A stretch of DNA of 64,000 bases. Origin: Lama glama (lineage: Eukaryota). Made by a program: the position numbers and the translations under genes. Shown here in pieces: positions 13,621 through 26,213 of the stretch. Under the pieces are notes generated by a model. That model was not told the DNA's origin and did no database searches. It worked only from the letters and a program-made list of their open reading frames with translations. Within the stretch, counting starts at the first letter, position 1. The number at the start of each line of letters is the position of its first letter. The stretch lies in contig CM052817.1 of assembly GCA_028534125.1 (NCBI GenBank), positions 39,682,001-39,746,000 of the forward strand, given 5' to 3'.

Positions 13621-15903
13621 GGAAGATAGGAGAAGCTTCATAGTTGTGACCCTTCATCACAGAACAAAGCCTCCCCCTCTTCATTCTGCATTCTCCCAGT
13701 TTTTACAAATTTTTCAATACTGTGAACAGACCGTATTTCAGCTGAAGGGCCTATAGAATAACTTTGAGCTAAGATTCAGTTAAGATTCCAAATCAGCATG
13801 GTTCCAAATTGAAGAAAAGACTCAAGAGTAGTCATCTGGCTTGTGGTTATGCCCTGGGCTCTTCACCGTGACCCAAAGAAATTAGTGGGAGGTAGACAAG
13901 AGGAGGCATAGTTGCCAAGAAATTTCCACAATTTCTATGAGAAAATAAAGGAGCCCTTTTTTTTTTAATTCTCCGAAAATAATCAGTTACCACCATCAAA
14001 AACTGAAGAAGACTGATTTTTGTCTGCCAAGTGATGCAGAGCTGTACAACAAATAAACAAGTTTTGGGGAAAGAAGCAAAGGGAACGCAGCCCAGCTGAC
14101 ACGGTGTGACTGAAGCATCATCCTCACCATCTGCAATTATTCTGTTTATAATTTTTATCCTCATGAAAAATGCGCACAATCTTCCCATGCTACCTAACAA
14201 GTAGGAGACACGCCCAGGCTCACCTCAGCCTGAATCCTAATCAGCATCATCTCAGGGCCAACTAGACACTGCTGTGGCAAAAGGAAGGAGACAGGATGGG
14301 GAAATATGGACCCCAGCACTTCTCCCACCTACTTCTGTCTAGCACTGGAGTCACAGGCTGCATGCCCAGTCCCTGTCCCTTTCCCATACCACTCCCCCCG
14401 AGTCACAGTCTTGTTCTGCTTGGAGGGACAGAGTGCTTAGGAGACTTGCTGAGCTTGGATTTTCCTCTGAGGTATAAATAAATCTTCCATTTTCTTCATA
14501 TGTCTGAAAACTCATTGTCAGCTCCTAAATTTGCTGCCTTGTCTTACTGGAAATAAGCAGCGTACGAGATGCTGAGGGTCATGGTCATAGATAAGAGGTT
14601 TTGTACCCTTTGTCTATTTCTTCTTGTTGTTATTAGGATTAAAAATCCTTAGAAAATAGAAACAGCTCTGTCATAGACACGACGGACAGGCACTCAACAT
14701 TCTTTTCCACCCTTCTCCTAGCGGGTCTTCCTTCACTGTAAGGCTTGAAAAGCTGAGAAGCACAGTTGACAAACAACTGGAATTCTACACGTGATTTTGG
14801 TTTGATCCATCCAATGAACTTGTCCAATCTCTGGGTGGTGGAAGTAGGTGGAGACCATGCTTTCTTCTGCAGATACCGTATCATGGAGGTTCAGCAAAAC
14901 TGCTCACAATGTGAAAAGTGGGTCCAAATTTCTCAAATGAGAAAATGCAGGCTGTTGTTATGAGATTAATGCAGTGACTAGAGCAAGCCCACACAGCTAC
15001 CCAGCTGGGACGTTCTCAGGTTCCTGCTACACAACCAAAATTTGTTCTGTCCCACCTCAGGCTTAATGTCAACAGTGATCATTGTTTCTCCAGCTGTAGT
15101 ATCAGTGATAATTCCAAGACATTGGCAGCAATTCTTGGAATTTCCTGATTAGTTTGTGCCCATCTTTGTCAGCTCCATCCAGAGAGATTAGGTTAGGAAG
15201 AATACTGAAGATCCTGCGGCTGGGACCATCCCTGTACTTTCCACCTGCTCAAGATAGGCTTGCCTGGATTCCCCTGCCTGGCCTTACCCACCCCGCACCC
15301 CACCTCCCCCAGGGGGGAATGAGGACTTTAGCCCACTCCTGTTCTCAAACAGGGCTCGCTGACAGCCAATCCCACTATACCCTTATTTGCGTTAATGTGA
15401 CCTGCGTCATCACTGGTGGTGTTGGATTTGGGTTTTTCCACTGCTGCATTAGCAGAAGCCGTCACTAGCTTTGTGGGACTTAAGAGGCAGGGCATGGGCA
15501 TCACTTTGCTAGTGCGAATCATAGCAGGCACAGCATAGTCCTGGAACAAGAGACAGTGGCAGTGACAGACCAGCCATGGGGCTTCGTCCCAGTTACACCT
15601 GCAGGAGACCCCAGCCTCCCTCATTGAGCCACTTCCCTCCCCTCTCCCTGTTCCCTTTCTTATTGCCACCATTTCTCCAGCTTTGCTAGGATTCTCGCCC
15701 TTGGGAAGTAGGAAGGCAAGCCCCTATTTCAATTATCCCCTCAAATGGAAACATCCATTGAGGGGTCCTTGGTTTCATTTCTGGGCCCTCAGTAGGAGGA
15801 GATAGGTTGCTGGACACATTTTCCCTGCATAGTCATTACACTTCATGGTCATTAATTACTCTCGCTTTCACACTTCAGTCAGGTACATTGCTTTACATGT
15901 ATG

Positions 15904-15979
15904 CTAGGTTGAACTGCATGAAGTGGCCTTTTTTGTAGGGCAAAAATGATGAAACAGTGGCAATTTCATGACAGCCTAA
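15904..15979. mobile_element. MADE2-like mariner MITE
   Basis: About 76 bp, near-palindromic: ctaggttgaactgcatgaagtggcc ... ggcaatttcatgacagcctaa, followed by TA. Confidence 0.7.
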
Positions 15980-17689
15980 TACTTTAATAGATTTTGTGAT
16001 CTAGGCTATGAAACATATATAATATTGTCTGTATAGTTTCAAATAATGGATGTAAAAAAGAATTTCTGACCAATATTTCTATACTAACTGGGAAGACGTG
16101 TCAGAGCAGCTACAGTGTTTTATGCATCTTTGTCCCCTTACAGAACTTACCGTAATACCCTGCTCATTGAGCTTCGCAATAGATGTTGAATGAAAGGAGG
16201 ATGTGGCAGCTTATAGCTATACCTTGTGCCTCAGAGGATATAAGGTCTCAGTTTAGAGGCTAGAACTCATTCTAATAATTGTATGTCATAAAATTCCAAA
16301 AATTGTATATAATGATTTCAAAAGAAAATTTTAAAAGGAGAAATTGACATGGAACTAAACATTTAGAAAGATATTAGTCATAATGAGTCCAAAAGTCCAA
16401 GCTACTCTATCTACACAAAACCTCTATGCACTTTAGCGTCCCAAGCTCCAGAGTAACCCGCTCAGGCTGAAATGCCCTTGTCTCTAGGGCTGTGGCCAAA
16501 CTGTAACAACTGCCAGGTCTCAGAAATGAAAGACAAAAGTGGAAGACACCATTCACCCAGACTGAGTTAACTCCCAAAGGACTTGCAAAACACTGAAAAC
16601 TGGGTGGGTGAATTCAGGGGTTTGGGGATAGGTAGAAGTATGGGTGAGAGATGCAGACAGAGGCAGAGATGTGTCATGTGCTCCTGCGAGGAGTAGAATG
16701 AAGAACAGGAAAATACGATGCTTGTCTCTTGTTCTCTCCATATATCTGTACACACTGTCATCTCCAATCCGCACAGAGTTCTTGAAAAATAAGAAGTATT
16801 ATGTGCGGTATCATTTGCCTAGTTGAAGTACCCATATTAAAGTATTCCTGCTTTGGCAAAGTCCAGTTCTGCTGAGCACATTCTCCTGCTAAGACACAGC
16901 CTGAGCCCTGATGATTACTAAATAAGAACATAATTAATTATTTCTTCAACTGAATAGTCCTGAATTCTACCACAAATCAATCAGTTCTTCTAGCCTAAGA
17001 AGCTCTGACTCTATTTTAGCTCAATGAAAATAAAATCAATGAAGGCCAATTATAGCCCATCTCGTTAGAGTATGCAAATGGTGTGCCATACAAATTCACA
17101 GCCATTGCCTCCAGAGCCTCAGAGGAGGCTGAGGGAGCCAACTGTGAGCTGCTGCTGGCCCCTAGCTGCTCAGGCTACATCTAGAGTCTGTAAGTGGGAC
17201 ACAAAGGTAAGCTTCCTTCATTTGTTCCCTTAACAAATATGTATTTGGAGGCTCCTATGCAGCAGGCATCGTGGTGAGTCATCAGGATATGGGGAGCAAG
17301 TCTAAGCAGATACCCAACTGTTCAGGGGTACTGATCTATATTATGGTGTAAAAACGTTCTGCATATGAAAGCTGGTTTTCTTACTATAAGTCGTAAGCCT
17401 TCAGCCTGATTATGCAGTGCCCCAAAATTTCTAAGCAAGGATAACATGTACGTCACAAAGGACCAGGCAAGCCTCGGAGACAGACACAGGGTTGACAAGC
17501 ACAGAACACTGAAGGGATGTGAAAGAAAGCTAGCCTGCTCCCCAGGACTTCCCTGACACCCACCACAACTCAGCCACAGTGTTGTCATTTCTACCACTGC
17601 TATCACTCTTGGGGCTGAGGTGTTGCATCTCCAGAGAGCTCCCATTAAAATACAAAGGCATGAGATGGAAAGAACAGGTCATTAAGCTA

Positions 17690-18430
17690 CTACTTCCTAA
17701 ACTTCAGGTATGCTCCCCAAATCTCCATTCTTTCTAAATCATATTTATTTACCATATTTCATTGAATCTAAAATGCTCTGATGTTGATCTTTCTTGATTC
17801 GACCACAGATGTCACCTAAAGGTTTACAGTACTCTGAGTGAGCTACGTGACCTTGTCCATGGGCATCATAAGATGACGCCAGTCTTGTGATGCATTATGA
17901 TTTCAAGAGAGGTTAAAACATTGGGGGGAAGCGTAAATCTTTAGACTCTATGAGATAGAGTAATACTTTTTATTTAAATCAACTCACTTTTTTACTTAAC
18001 AGATTTCTTTTTTAAAAAACTTTGTTATCACTGCCTTGGAAAACCGGTATCACTGACATAAATGAAAGGGAACTGTGTAGATAGATGCAATGAGAATTTT
18101 AAAAATAATTTTAAATTCTAACTAATATAATTAGACAAGGTGTACACTTTTTTACTTATGTTCCTTTCTAGTGTATATATTATACTCATTATCAAAAAAA
18201 AGTCTGAGAAAATTCTGCCTCCCAAGACTTTCAGCCCAAGACTCTAATTGCTTTGTTAAAAAGGAAGCTTAGCAATTGTTCAAAGATAAAACTTTGTTAA
18301 AACCACCAAAATGAAACTTTCTTCTCACCCTAATTAGAAAGATTTGAAAAAAAATTGAAAAGGGAATAATCTTCACCCCACCTGATTCCATGTTATGTAA
18401 TGCCACGTTCATAGGCCCCCTATAGTGTTC
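17690..18430. mobile_element. MER113-like hAT-Charlie element, interrupted by MER104
   Basis: tttatttaaatcaactcacttttttactt and ctttgttaaaaaggaagcttagcaa ... aattgaaaagggaataa ... gattccatgttatgtaatgcc resemble recalled MER113 segments. Confidence 0.6.
17752..17960 (-). mobile_element. MER104-like Tc2 MITE
   Basis: Degenerate TIRs ccatatttcattgaatctaa and ttagactctatgagatagag, with TA on both flanks. Confidence 0.7.
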
Positions 18431-18937
18431 TCCCTCACACCATTAGTCCCACGCACGGCTCATTAAGAGACATTGAGGAACCACCATTAACCCCTTTAGA
18501 AAGAGTTATCAGAATTAGTAAATTGTCACATTGGAAAGCTAAGGAAAAGTTCCTAGTTAATGAAGCAGAGGAAAGAGAAGTTTTGACAGGCGTGTGGGGA
18601 AGAAAGAGCCCAAGACGTGAAGGGCCATCACAGAGACAAGTCCAAGGGAAAGAATCATGAGTGAGGAGGAGATAGGTACTCTGCTGGCAGAGAGGGGCAA
18701 CATAAATGCCCTGGGCACCTGGGGAAAAGATGTTCTGGGGTGTGGCCATGGAAAAAAGGAGACAATTCAAGAGTAACTGGGAGGAATAAGAAGCAAATCT
18801 TGCCAGTTTAGCAATTTCAGCATCGTATCAGAATTCCCATTGAAATAGGCACCTGTTTATCAATGATTCTTGTCAGATCATTGCTCTTCCACTGAATCAA
18901 AGAACAGAGGGTTCGATGACAACACAAGAAAGCAACA

Positions 18938-19256
18938 CAGTCAGCGCTTTGTATCCCGTAGGTCCCACATTCACAGATTCAGCCAACCTCGGATGGAAAA
19001 TGGTCTGAAAAAAAAAATTTCAGAAAGTTCCAACAAGGGAAACTTGAATTTGCCTCAACTGGCAACTATTTACAAAGCTTTTACATTGTACTAGGTAATA
19101 TAAGTAATCGAGAGATGAGTTAAAGTATACAGAAGGGTGTGCCCAGGTCATGTGCAAATAGTACACCATTTTACAGAAGGGACTTGAGCATCCACAGATT
19201 TTGGCATCCAATGACGGTCCTGGAACCAATCCTCCCCAGATATCAAGGGAAGACTG
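18938..19256 (-). mobile_element. MER2-like Tigger MITE
   Basis: TIRs cagtcagcgctttgtatc and gatatcaagggaagactg. Internal agggacttgagcatccacagattttgg ... ggtcctggaaccaatcc. Confidence 0.9.
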
Positions 19257-19689
19257 CATGTCCTTAAGGACCATGGATTATTATGCTAAGGAGTTGTGGG
19301 GAAAAGAGCCCTCCAATCTGGTAGTCATTGCAAATTTAGTTCTTCTTTTGGTCTGACTCTTGTAATATCAATATATACCAACCCTTTCATGCTCTCCTCT
19401 GGAAAATAAGAACAATTAGCCAGAACGATCTTCACAATAATCCTTCTTACACATTAGCTGTCTATTTTCTAAACAAAACAACCCACTTCCTTTCACCTGA
19501 GATACGGCTACTGAGATACCAATCACTTAAGATGCAAAGGCCGGGTGTTCCGAGTCAGTGTGACGATGAAGCTGGTATTCTTAACCAAAAGGACATCAGA
19601 GTGGAGAATTTAACCTTTTACCCTCACCATTGGTTTTTCTTACTTGCTTTTTATTCCATTCATCATTTTGTGCTTCTTTCCCTAAACTT

Positions 19690-20330
19690 ATTCATCTTTT
19701 TTAATACACAGTGACCAAAACTGGTAATTGTATTCCAAAAATAATGGTTGAGCCATGCCAAGCAGATCCTTGCCCTTTCCATGTCATACTCTTGCTAATA
19801 CATCTCTCAATCATGTTCCCTTTTTTAAATAATAGCATTACAAATTGCTGACTCATATTCAGTTTATGGTGCACAATACATCAGCCAATTCTTTCAGTAT
19901 CCTTGGATGCAAATCACCAGGGTCTGCACATTTAGATACAGAGCTCACTTATTTAAATTACCTTCCTTCAAGTCTTCTTTTTCACTTTTCATTCTCCTAA
20001 AGTATGCATTTCCTATTTCCAGAGCCCCACTCACTTGATCATGCAGAAAGGTTTTTTAAAAAGACATTGAATGCTCTGTGGCCTTTTGGTGTCATCATTG
20101 AGTCTCTTGCTTTCCTATCTAATTAAAGGACAACACTCTGCTTTAGTCTTTCTTGTTCCTGATAGAGTAAAAGAAAGAATATTCTACTTCAACTTTGGAA
20201 ATTGTATCTCATTTCCCGCTTTAGTAATTCTGACCTTACTTCTGTGAAACTTTCTATAGGTATTTGTCCTTGAAGATTCAGCTTTTTCTAAATTTTTTTT
20301 CTACTTCAGAAGTTTATGTAATTCTTTGAT
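19690..20330 (-). mobile_element. Ancient CR1/L3 LINE fragment
   Basis: ccaaaactggtaattgtattcca ... attgctgactcatattcagtttatggt resembles reverse-strand CR1/L3 ORF2 sequence. The right boundary is uncertain. Confidence 0.5.
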
Positions 20331-20774
20331 AAATAAATTAGACTTTTTTAATTTTCTCAACTTTTTTAGACATATGTGTAAACCTGTCCTCCTTGCCCTT
20401 GACAAAGTTCTGATAATATGCTTCACAAAATCTAATCTCACACTTAAGTAATTAGTTGAAAAAGAGATGAAAGGAAGGAACCTGGGTGAACAGAAAGTTT
20501 CTTAAGAAAACATATGTTGTTCCTGGGATTTTTTTTTAACACCCACATGGTCACTCTTATTTGAAATATTTTCTTCCTTTAAATCCTCAGTACTTCCCTT
20601 TTCTAAAACACGGCTGAGAAAAATATTCCATCTCCATCTACTCAATCCAAAGCTCATCCCTGACACTCTTTTTCTGCTCCTAAACTAAATTGAATTTGCT
20701 GCCTAAGCACATTTCCTCCTATAATGTTCACAGCACAGTAGGAATGAAAACTACATTGTTACTATTGTTAATAT

Positions 20775-21393
20775 TGTAACCATATACCGTATCCAGCTCA
20801 TTAGAAGGGTTACCTCCTTCTTCCTTGAGGGAACATAAGCTGTGGAGAAGTATTATCGTTGCCTTATAGGAAACCACCAGAAGAGAAAAACAAGAACCCA
20901 CCAGAACTGGTTAGAACTGGCCAAATCCAAGATAGCAGAAGACCTGAGCTTCAGTAGACCCTGAGCCTCATTATCTGCTCATTATAATACATTAGCATGC
21001 TAGATGACACAGCTACCAGCACCATGACAGTTGCCATGACAACAGCCAGCTGAGCCCAGACAAGGGCCTAAAAAGAGTGTTGCCTCAGTTCCCAGAAACC
21101 ACACCCCTGTTCTCTGATAAGTCATGAACAGTCCTCCTGAGTTCCCTCTCTTCTACCTCAATCCTCCTAGGTATACGGTATCTCAGTCCAAGTTGGGTTA
21201 AGAAGTTGATTTATGAGCTAAGTTCCCACTTCTCCATTCTCTGGCCATTGAATAAAGCTTGTGCTGTTTCAGTCTCAGCATTGGTTTCATTATTGGCTGC
21301 GTGCATCCTAATGAAAAAGGACCTTCCCCGCCACGGCAGGAGGCAATGAGATGCAATTTTCAAATGGCAGCCCATTCGATCAATTCAGTAACA
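20775..21393 (+). mobile_element. MER41-like ERV1 solo LTR
   Basis: TG...CA ends (tgtaacc ... gtaaca), 4-bp TSD atat/gtat, AATAAA at 21251-21256, and the MER41 hallmark ctcattataatacattagcatgctagatgacac...ccagcaccatgacagtt. Confidence 0.8.
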
Positions 21394-21429
21394 GTATAAT
21401 CCCAACTTCTATTTAATAATGTTCTATGA

Positions 21430-22020
21430 CCACTTCTCAACACTCACACTGCCAATACGTTAGTCCAAGCCATCTGGACAACTGCAGTAGCACCCAGGTG
21501 TTGGCCTGCCGCCATCCTTACCCACCTACAGTCTATTCTCCATACAGTAGCAGATACATCTTTTAAAATATAAATTTTGATCCTTTGCTCTTAGTTTTTA
21601 TATTGGCTTTCCTTCACACCAAAATAAAATCCACACTCCTCATTGTGGCCTGGAAGGCGTTCCATCATCTGGTCCCTGACCACCCTTCTTCCTGCTCATT
21701 TTGGTACCAAGGCCGTTGCACTTGTGATCCCCTGCCTGGAACACTGTCTGCTTTTACCTCATTGTCTGCTTAAACAACAGCCCTCATTACATTCATCTTG
21801 ACCTGCCTTACTTTTCTTCATTTCAATGACCACAACCTGGCATCATATTATCATACATGTGTACATCTGTTGGAACTTCAGTACGTCTCCTTTCTAGAAT
21901 GTAAGTTCTGTGAAGACAGGGATTTGGTTCACTTGTTTTTTGCTGTAATTCTAGCAACTGAAACAGTACCTGGCATCCATAGAGCAAGTACTCAAAAATA
22001 ATTTTAGAATTGTTAATGGA
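21430..22020 (+). mobile_element. L2 LINE 3' region
   Basis: tagtccaagccatc ... aataaaatccacactcctca ... ctagaatgtaagttctgtgaagacagggattt ... aacagtacctggca. Confidence 0.8.
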
Positions 22021-23467
22021 GAGATAATTTCTAATCTTTTTACCTAGTAATTGGTCACATTCCTTCAGGTACAAATTAAACACCATGATGAGAGCAGATT
22101 GCTTGTAACTCATGTCTTTGCTCCTATCAGAAGTCTCATACCAAAGAAAAGTATTTGACCTTGTCATGATAATGCAGCTTGAAAATGTCTGTTGTGAAAC
22201 CCTGTTCTGAGTCATTCATTGCAAGCTCACTGGGGAAAATAATTTGCAGTTTATCTACAGAGGAAAATTTTGCTTTGCCCACTGCTCTTTTGCAAAGGTC
22301 AAAAAGGACAGCATTGATCAGGATACAGGAAGGGTAAAAACACTGAGGATGTAGTCATTCTGGGTTGAATTATGAAATCTAGGAAAGCATGAGAAGCATG
22401 AAAAATACTGAAAAGAAAGCTAGAGTTAGGATGCTACTGGGAGAATGTGTTCCTTCTCATGTCCACAGCTACATCTTCTGGGGAATGAAAAGACCAATGT
22501 ATAATTACAACCTGACTTTCATTTATCATTGTGTCTATTCCAGAATAAAAACCAGAGGGGGGAAAATTGTGATGTATATGGACTGTTTTCATAAGCACTC
22601 TTGTTTAAAAATAAAAGTTAAAATATTGAACTGTAAACTTGGAGATACTTTACCAAAGCAGAAAATCTCTACTATGTTTCCCAATGTTTCACCATGATTT
22701 GAAACCAAGAGGTGATCTCTTTAGCAATTATTTGTTCCTTCATTCCATCATTTAGTTAAGAAAAGGTCAACAAATGCTTGTTGCACACTTGCTATGTCCA
22801 TGGTCCTGGGGAAGTAGCATCAATGGCAGTGGGAGGGGTATGGTGAAGGGGTTGAAAGATGTGTTCCCTGACCTCACGGAGATTACAGGCCATTGTGTTT
22901 GTCAATTGTGTTTGTCAATTAGGTTCCAAGCACTACTGCTCCATGGTGCTATTTAGAAAAAGAAAGAAGAAAAAAGTGTTGATTATGATCCAAGCATCCA
23001 GGAGTGGCTGAAGTGTCTGGAGAGAAACACTTTGGGCACTTATTTGGCCATAGTCACTGGAGAAGTGATGGTTTTCCAAGTGTATTCCAAAATAAACTGC
23101 TCCATTAAATTCATCACTATTAAATATGCTTGCCTGTGTGTGAGAATTGGAGTTGTTATTTATTTCTTAATGAGATTTTAATGGGTATAGGTTTTTTAAA
23201 TAGTTTCAAAGAGTGGGTACTGCTTTTTCCAATGATATTTAAGTTGCCTTCTTTCTCTAAATGTATCTGACATTAGCAAAGTGCCAGGCTCCCAATAATT
23301 CAGGTTTGGTGTAGAGTTCACTGAAATCAGTCCTGGGATCAAGACAAAGCAACGGTGCAGTTTATGCTTCCAAACACTCAATTGTCATTCTCTCCATACT
23401 ATGCAAAAACAAGCTTAACTGAGAAGAGAACACTGAAGCCTCCTGACTTTCCACTGTGTACACCACT

Positions 23468-24040
23468 GTGGAGGAGACAGGGGATGGACTTGCTCAACAT
23501 TCACTCCAGCCTCCATCTACCAGGCCCTCCTGCACTGCAGAAGCCGGAAAGGTAAAAACTCCATCTCCCTGACTCATTTGAAGAGGAATCTGGGCGAGAA
23601 CTGGATCCAAATCTGAGTTAAGTAGTTGGGGAAATACTCATTTCCTGGTCCAGACTTAGAATATTATGGCTTCAGAGCCAGCAATGATGAAGCCAGCTTC
23701 CTGGCCCCTAGATTTTGGCCCGGGTGGTGGGTCTCTGAACCAAAGGTGCAGGTGATGGTGCCCTGACCCCGGATTCACAGGTAAGGTAATGTGACCCTGA
23801 AACCAACAGTGGACCAAGTGGCCTCCTGATTCGCCAACTTCCTGACTGTGCTGAAATCATAGTTCCTTTGCCAGGGTGGTTTGAGTTGTTCTGTTGTTCA
23901 GCTTCTGAAGGGCCGGCAGGTACTTGCTCCTCCAATCTTTCCAATGATTTGTAAGCATACTTATTCCCTGTGTTAAACTTCCTTCTGCTTAAGATCACTG
24001 AAGTGGTTTCTTCTTTACCCAACTAAGCCTTGACTGACAG
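23468..24040 (+). mobile_element. LTR33-like ERVL LTR
   Basis: 3' end ccaatgatttgtaagcatacttattccctgtgttaaacttccttctgcttaa ... gtggtttct ... ccttgactgaca. The 5' boundary is approximate. Confidence 0.7.
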
Positions 24041-25082
24041 AGACCCCAGCCATAACTCCACCCAGGAATTAACTCGGGCAAAATCACAGAGCCTTGCTTT
24101 TCCATCCATCTGTGCAAAACGTTCTCTGAGTCTTATCTAAACACTACTTTGTGTGGCATTTTAAGGATTTTTTTTTCTTTTATACTACTTTAATGACTCC
24201 TAAAAAAGAACATAAAATCCCTTTTATGTCTCCTTGTCCTCTCTCCTCCTCCGTTTTCAGTCAGCCTCCATTTCCTGGGTCACAGTGAGCTCCTTCAAGT
24301 AGATCTGTTAATGCAAGGGTAATAAAAACAAGACGTGCCTTGAAAACATTGGAAGGGGGCTGGGTGGGGCAGGTTGAAATCGAGAAACTCCACTTTCACT
24401 TCAGTACAAATTATTTTGTTTAGAAACTTTGCACCTGAGAAACATAAAAATCTAAGATTCCATACTTCATTTTAAAACAGAATACGAGAGGTAATGTGGT
24501 CAAGCCTTCCACAGCTGAAAGAATGAGGCATTTCATTCTTTTTCACATTTTTAAATTAAGCACCACCTTTCGGCATGTGGAACAAAACATTAAGAAGAAG
24601 AAGGAGAAGGAGAAGAATTGCTCTCGCTTGTTGAGTGTGCATGCTGTTCAAGACTCGATACTAGATCAATGATTATTTCCAAACCTCACATCGCCCCTGA
24701 GACATCACTTCCTTTCTATAGATGAAAAATTGAGACCCAGAGAGAGTAAGGAAATTGTCCAGAGTTTTAACTCTGTTTAATTCTAAACACAATAATCCTT
24801 CCAGTATGTTCATTCAATCCATCATTAAATAAATCTTTTTTGAGCACCTGGAGGGGCCATGCTTCTAGGGGGCCAGGCCCTTCATGGGCTAACCCAGGAG
24901 ATGCAGCTGCAGACAGGCTGGACACAGTTCTACAGCAAACCCACTTCCTGGAGCAAAAAACAACAGTTGTACCACTGCCATTGCTCAAGCAACTTCATGT
25001 GACCTGCTCTCAAAGCATCGGAGAGCATCTCTTTTGAGGACCATTTTGCTTTGGTTTTGACCTTTTCACTTTTGTTCTTCAT

Positions 25083-25310
25083 GCCTGGGTTTGCAACCCA
25101 GCACTGCTACTTCTTAGCTACCAACCATGGGAAAGTTATTTAAACTCTCTGAGCCTCGGTTTCCTCGTCTTTAAAGTGAGCATAATAAAACTCCCCACCT
25201 CACGGGACTATTGTAAGGATTTAATAGAAGATTTGTAAATAGAGCACTCAGAAGAGTGCTGGCACACAGTAACACCCAATTTGTGTTAGCTGTGGCTGTT
25301 GTTATGACTG
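25083..25310 (+). mobile_element. MIR SINE, near full length
   Basis: cctgggtttgcaacccagcactgctactt ... ctctctgagcctcggtttcctcgtct ... gtgctggcacacagtaa. Confidence 0.9.
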
Positions 25311-25585
25311 CTATTATTTCCGTAGCACCACAAACATTAGAAGTACATGGGATACTTAATATTTACGGGAGTATGAGGAAATCTTAGAGCGTGCTCTTCT
25401 CAGATGACAGAACTGATTGGCGCTCACTCATTTTAATCTGACTTGATGTAAAGCTTAAAGACACAGTTCTTGATTCCCAAATCCGAGGATTACTACAGTT
25501 GGCTTTGATAGTCCACACTGACTTCTATTTCCCCAAACCAGAAGTACCTCAGTACATTCCATCGGTCTCTAAAACAGTAAGTCCC

Positions 25586-25800
25586 GGGGGAAGGGTAGAG
25601 CTCAGTTGTAGAGTGCAAGAGTTCATGGGTTCAGTTCCCAGTGCCTCCATTAAAATAAATAAATTAAGTAAATTTTTTAAAAAATCCTAATTACCTTCCT
25701 CTCCGCAAAAAAACATTTTTTAAGATTACGTAAAAATGAATAAATAAATAAACCTAGTTACTTCCCCACTTAAAAAAGAAAAAACAGAAAATAATAATTT
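25586..25800 (+). mobile_element. Camelid tRNA-derived SINE (Vic-1-like) with an internal deletion and duplicated tail
   Basis: gggggaagggtagagctcagttgtagagtgca ... gggttcagttcccagtgcctcca, followed by two copies of the taaataaa...cctaattacc tail unit. Confidence 0.85.
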
Positions 25801-25815
25801 AAAAATAGGTTCCTT

Positions 25816-26213
25816 TGTAATAGCCTACGTTATATTCCCTAAATCTCAACTTTAGGACTGAAGGATTCATGTCCCCAGCTCCTGGGCATGCTGCGCTCCA
25901 ACAACCTTCAGCTCTCAGTCCTTGGGAATTGCCCTCAGGCTGGCTGAATGCAGCCACCTCACTATTGTCCTCCCCTCTTCCCAGAGTCAACTTGCGTTCA
26001 GTGATTGGTTGATGCAGGGACATTATAATTCAGCCTCCAAGCCCCAACTGGGGTCAACTGCAAAGGGTTATTGCAGATGCAAAGCTCGCCATGCTGTCAG
26101 CCATAGGGTCACCCAACCCCTACTTCTGCCCAGTCCCTCCCCCGCAGGTATTAAACTCCTCGAATGCTGACCTCTGACTTAGAGTCCACTTCCCAGGAGT
26201 CCAGCCTGCAATG
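25816..26213 (+). mobile_element. LTR16A-like ERVL LTR
   Basis: aggactgaaggattcatgtccccagctcctggg ... gggaattgccctcag ... gccccaactgggg ... agagtccacttcccagg. Confidence 0.8.

Noticed and set aside
14690..14900. Possible plus-strand exon or pseudogene fragment after ttttccacccttctcctag
   Set aside because: No recognisable peptide and no convincing donor site.
22893..22920. Short tandem duplications (ttgtgtttgtcaa x2; also 29138-29179, 38579-38598, 44140-44190)
   Set aside because: Ordinary replication-slippage duplications with no evidence of function.
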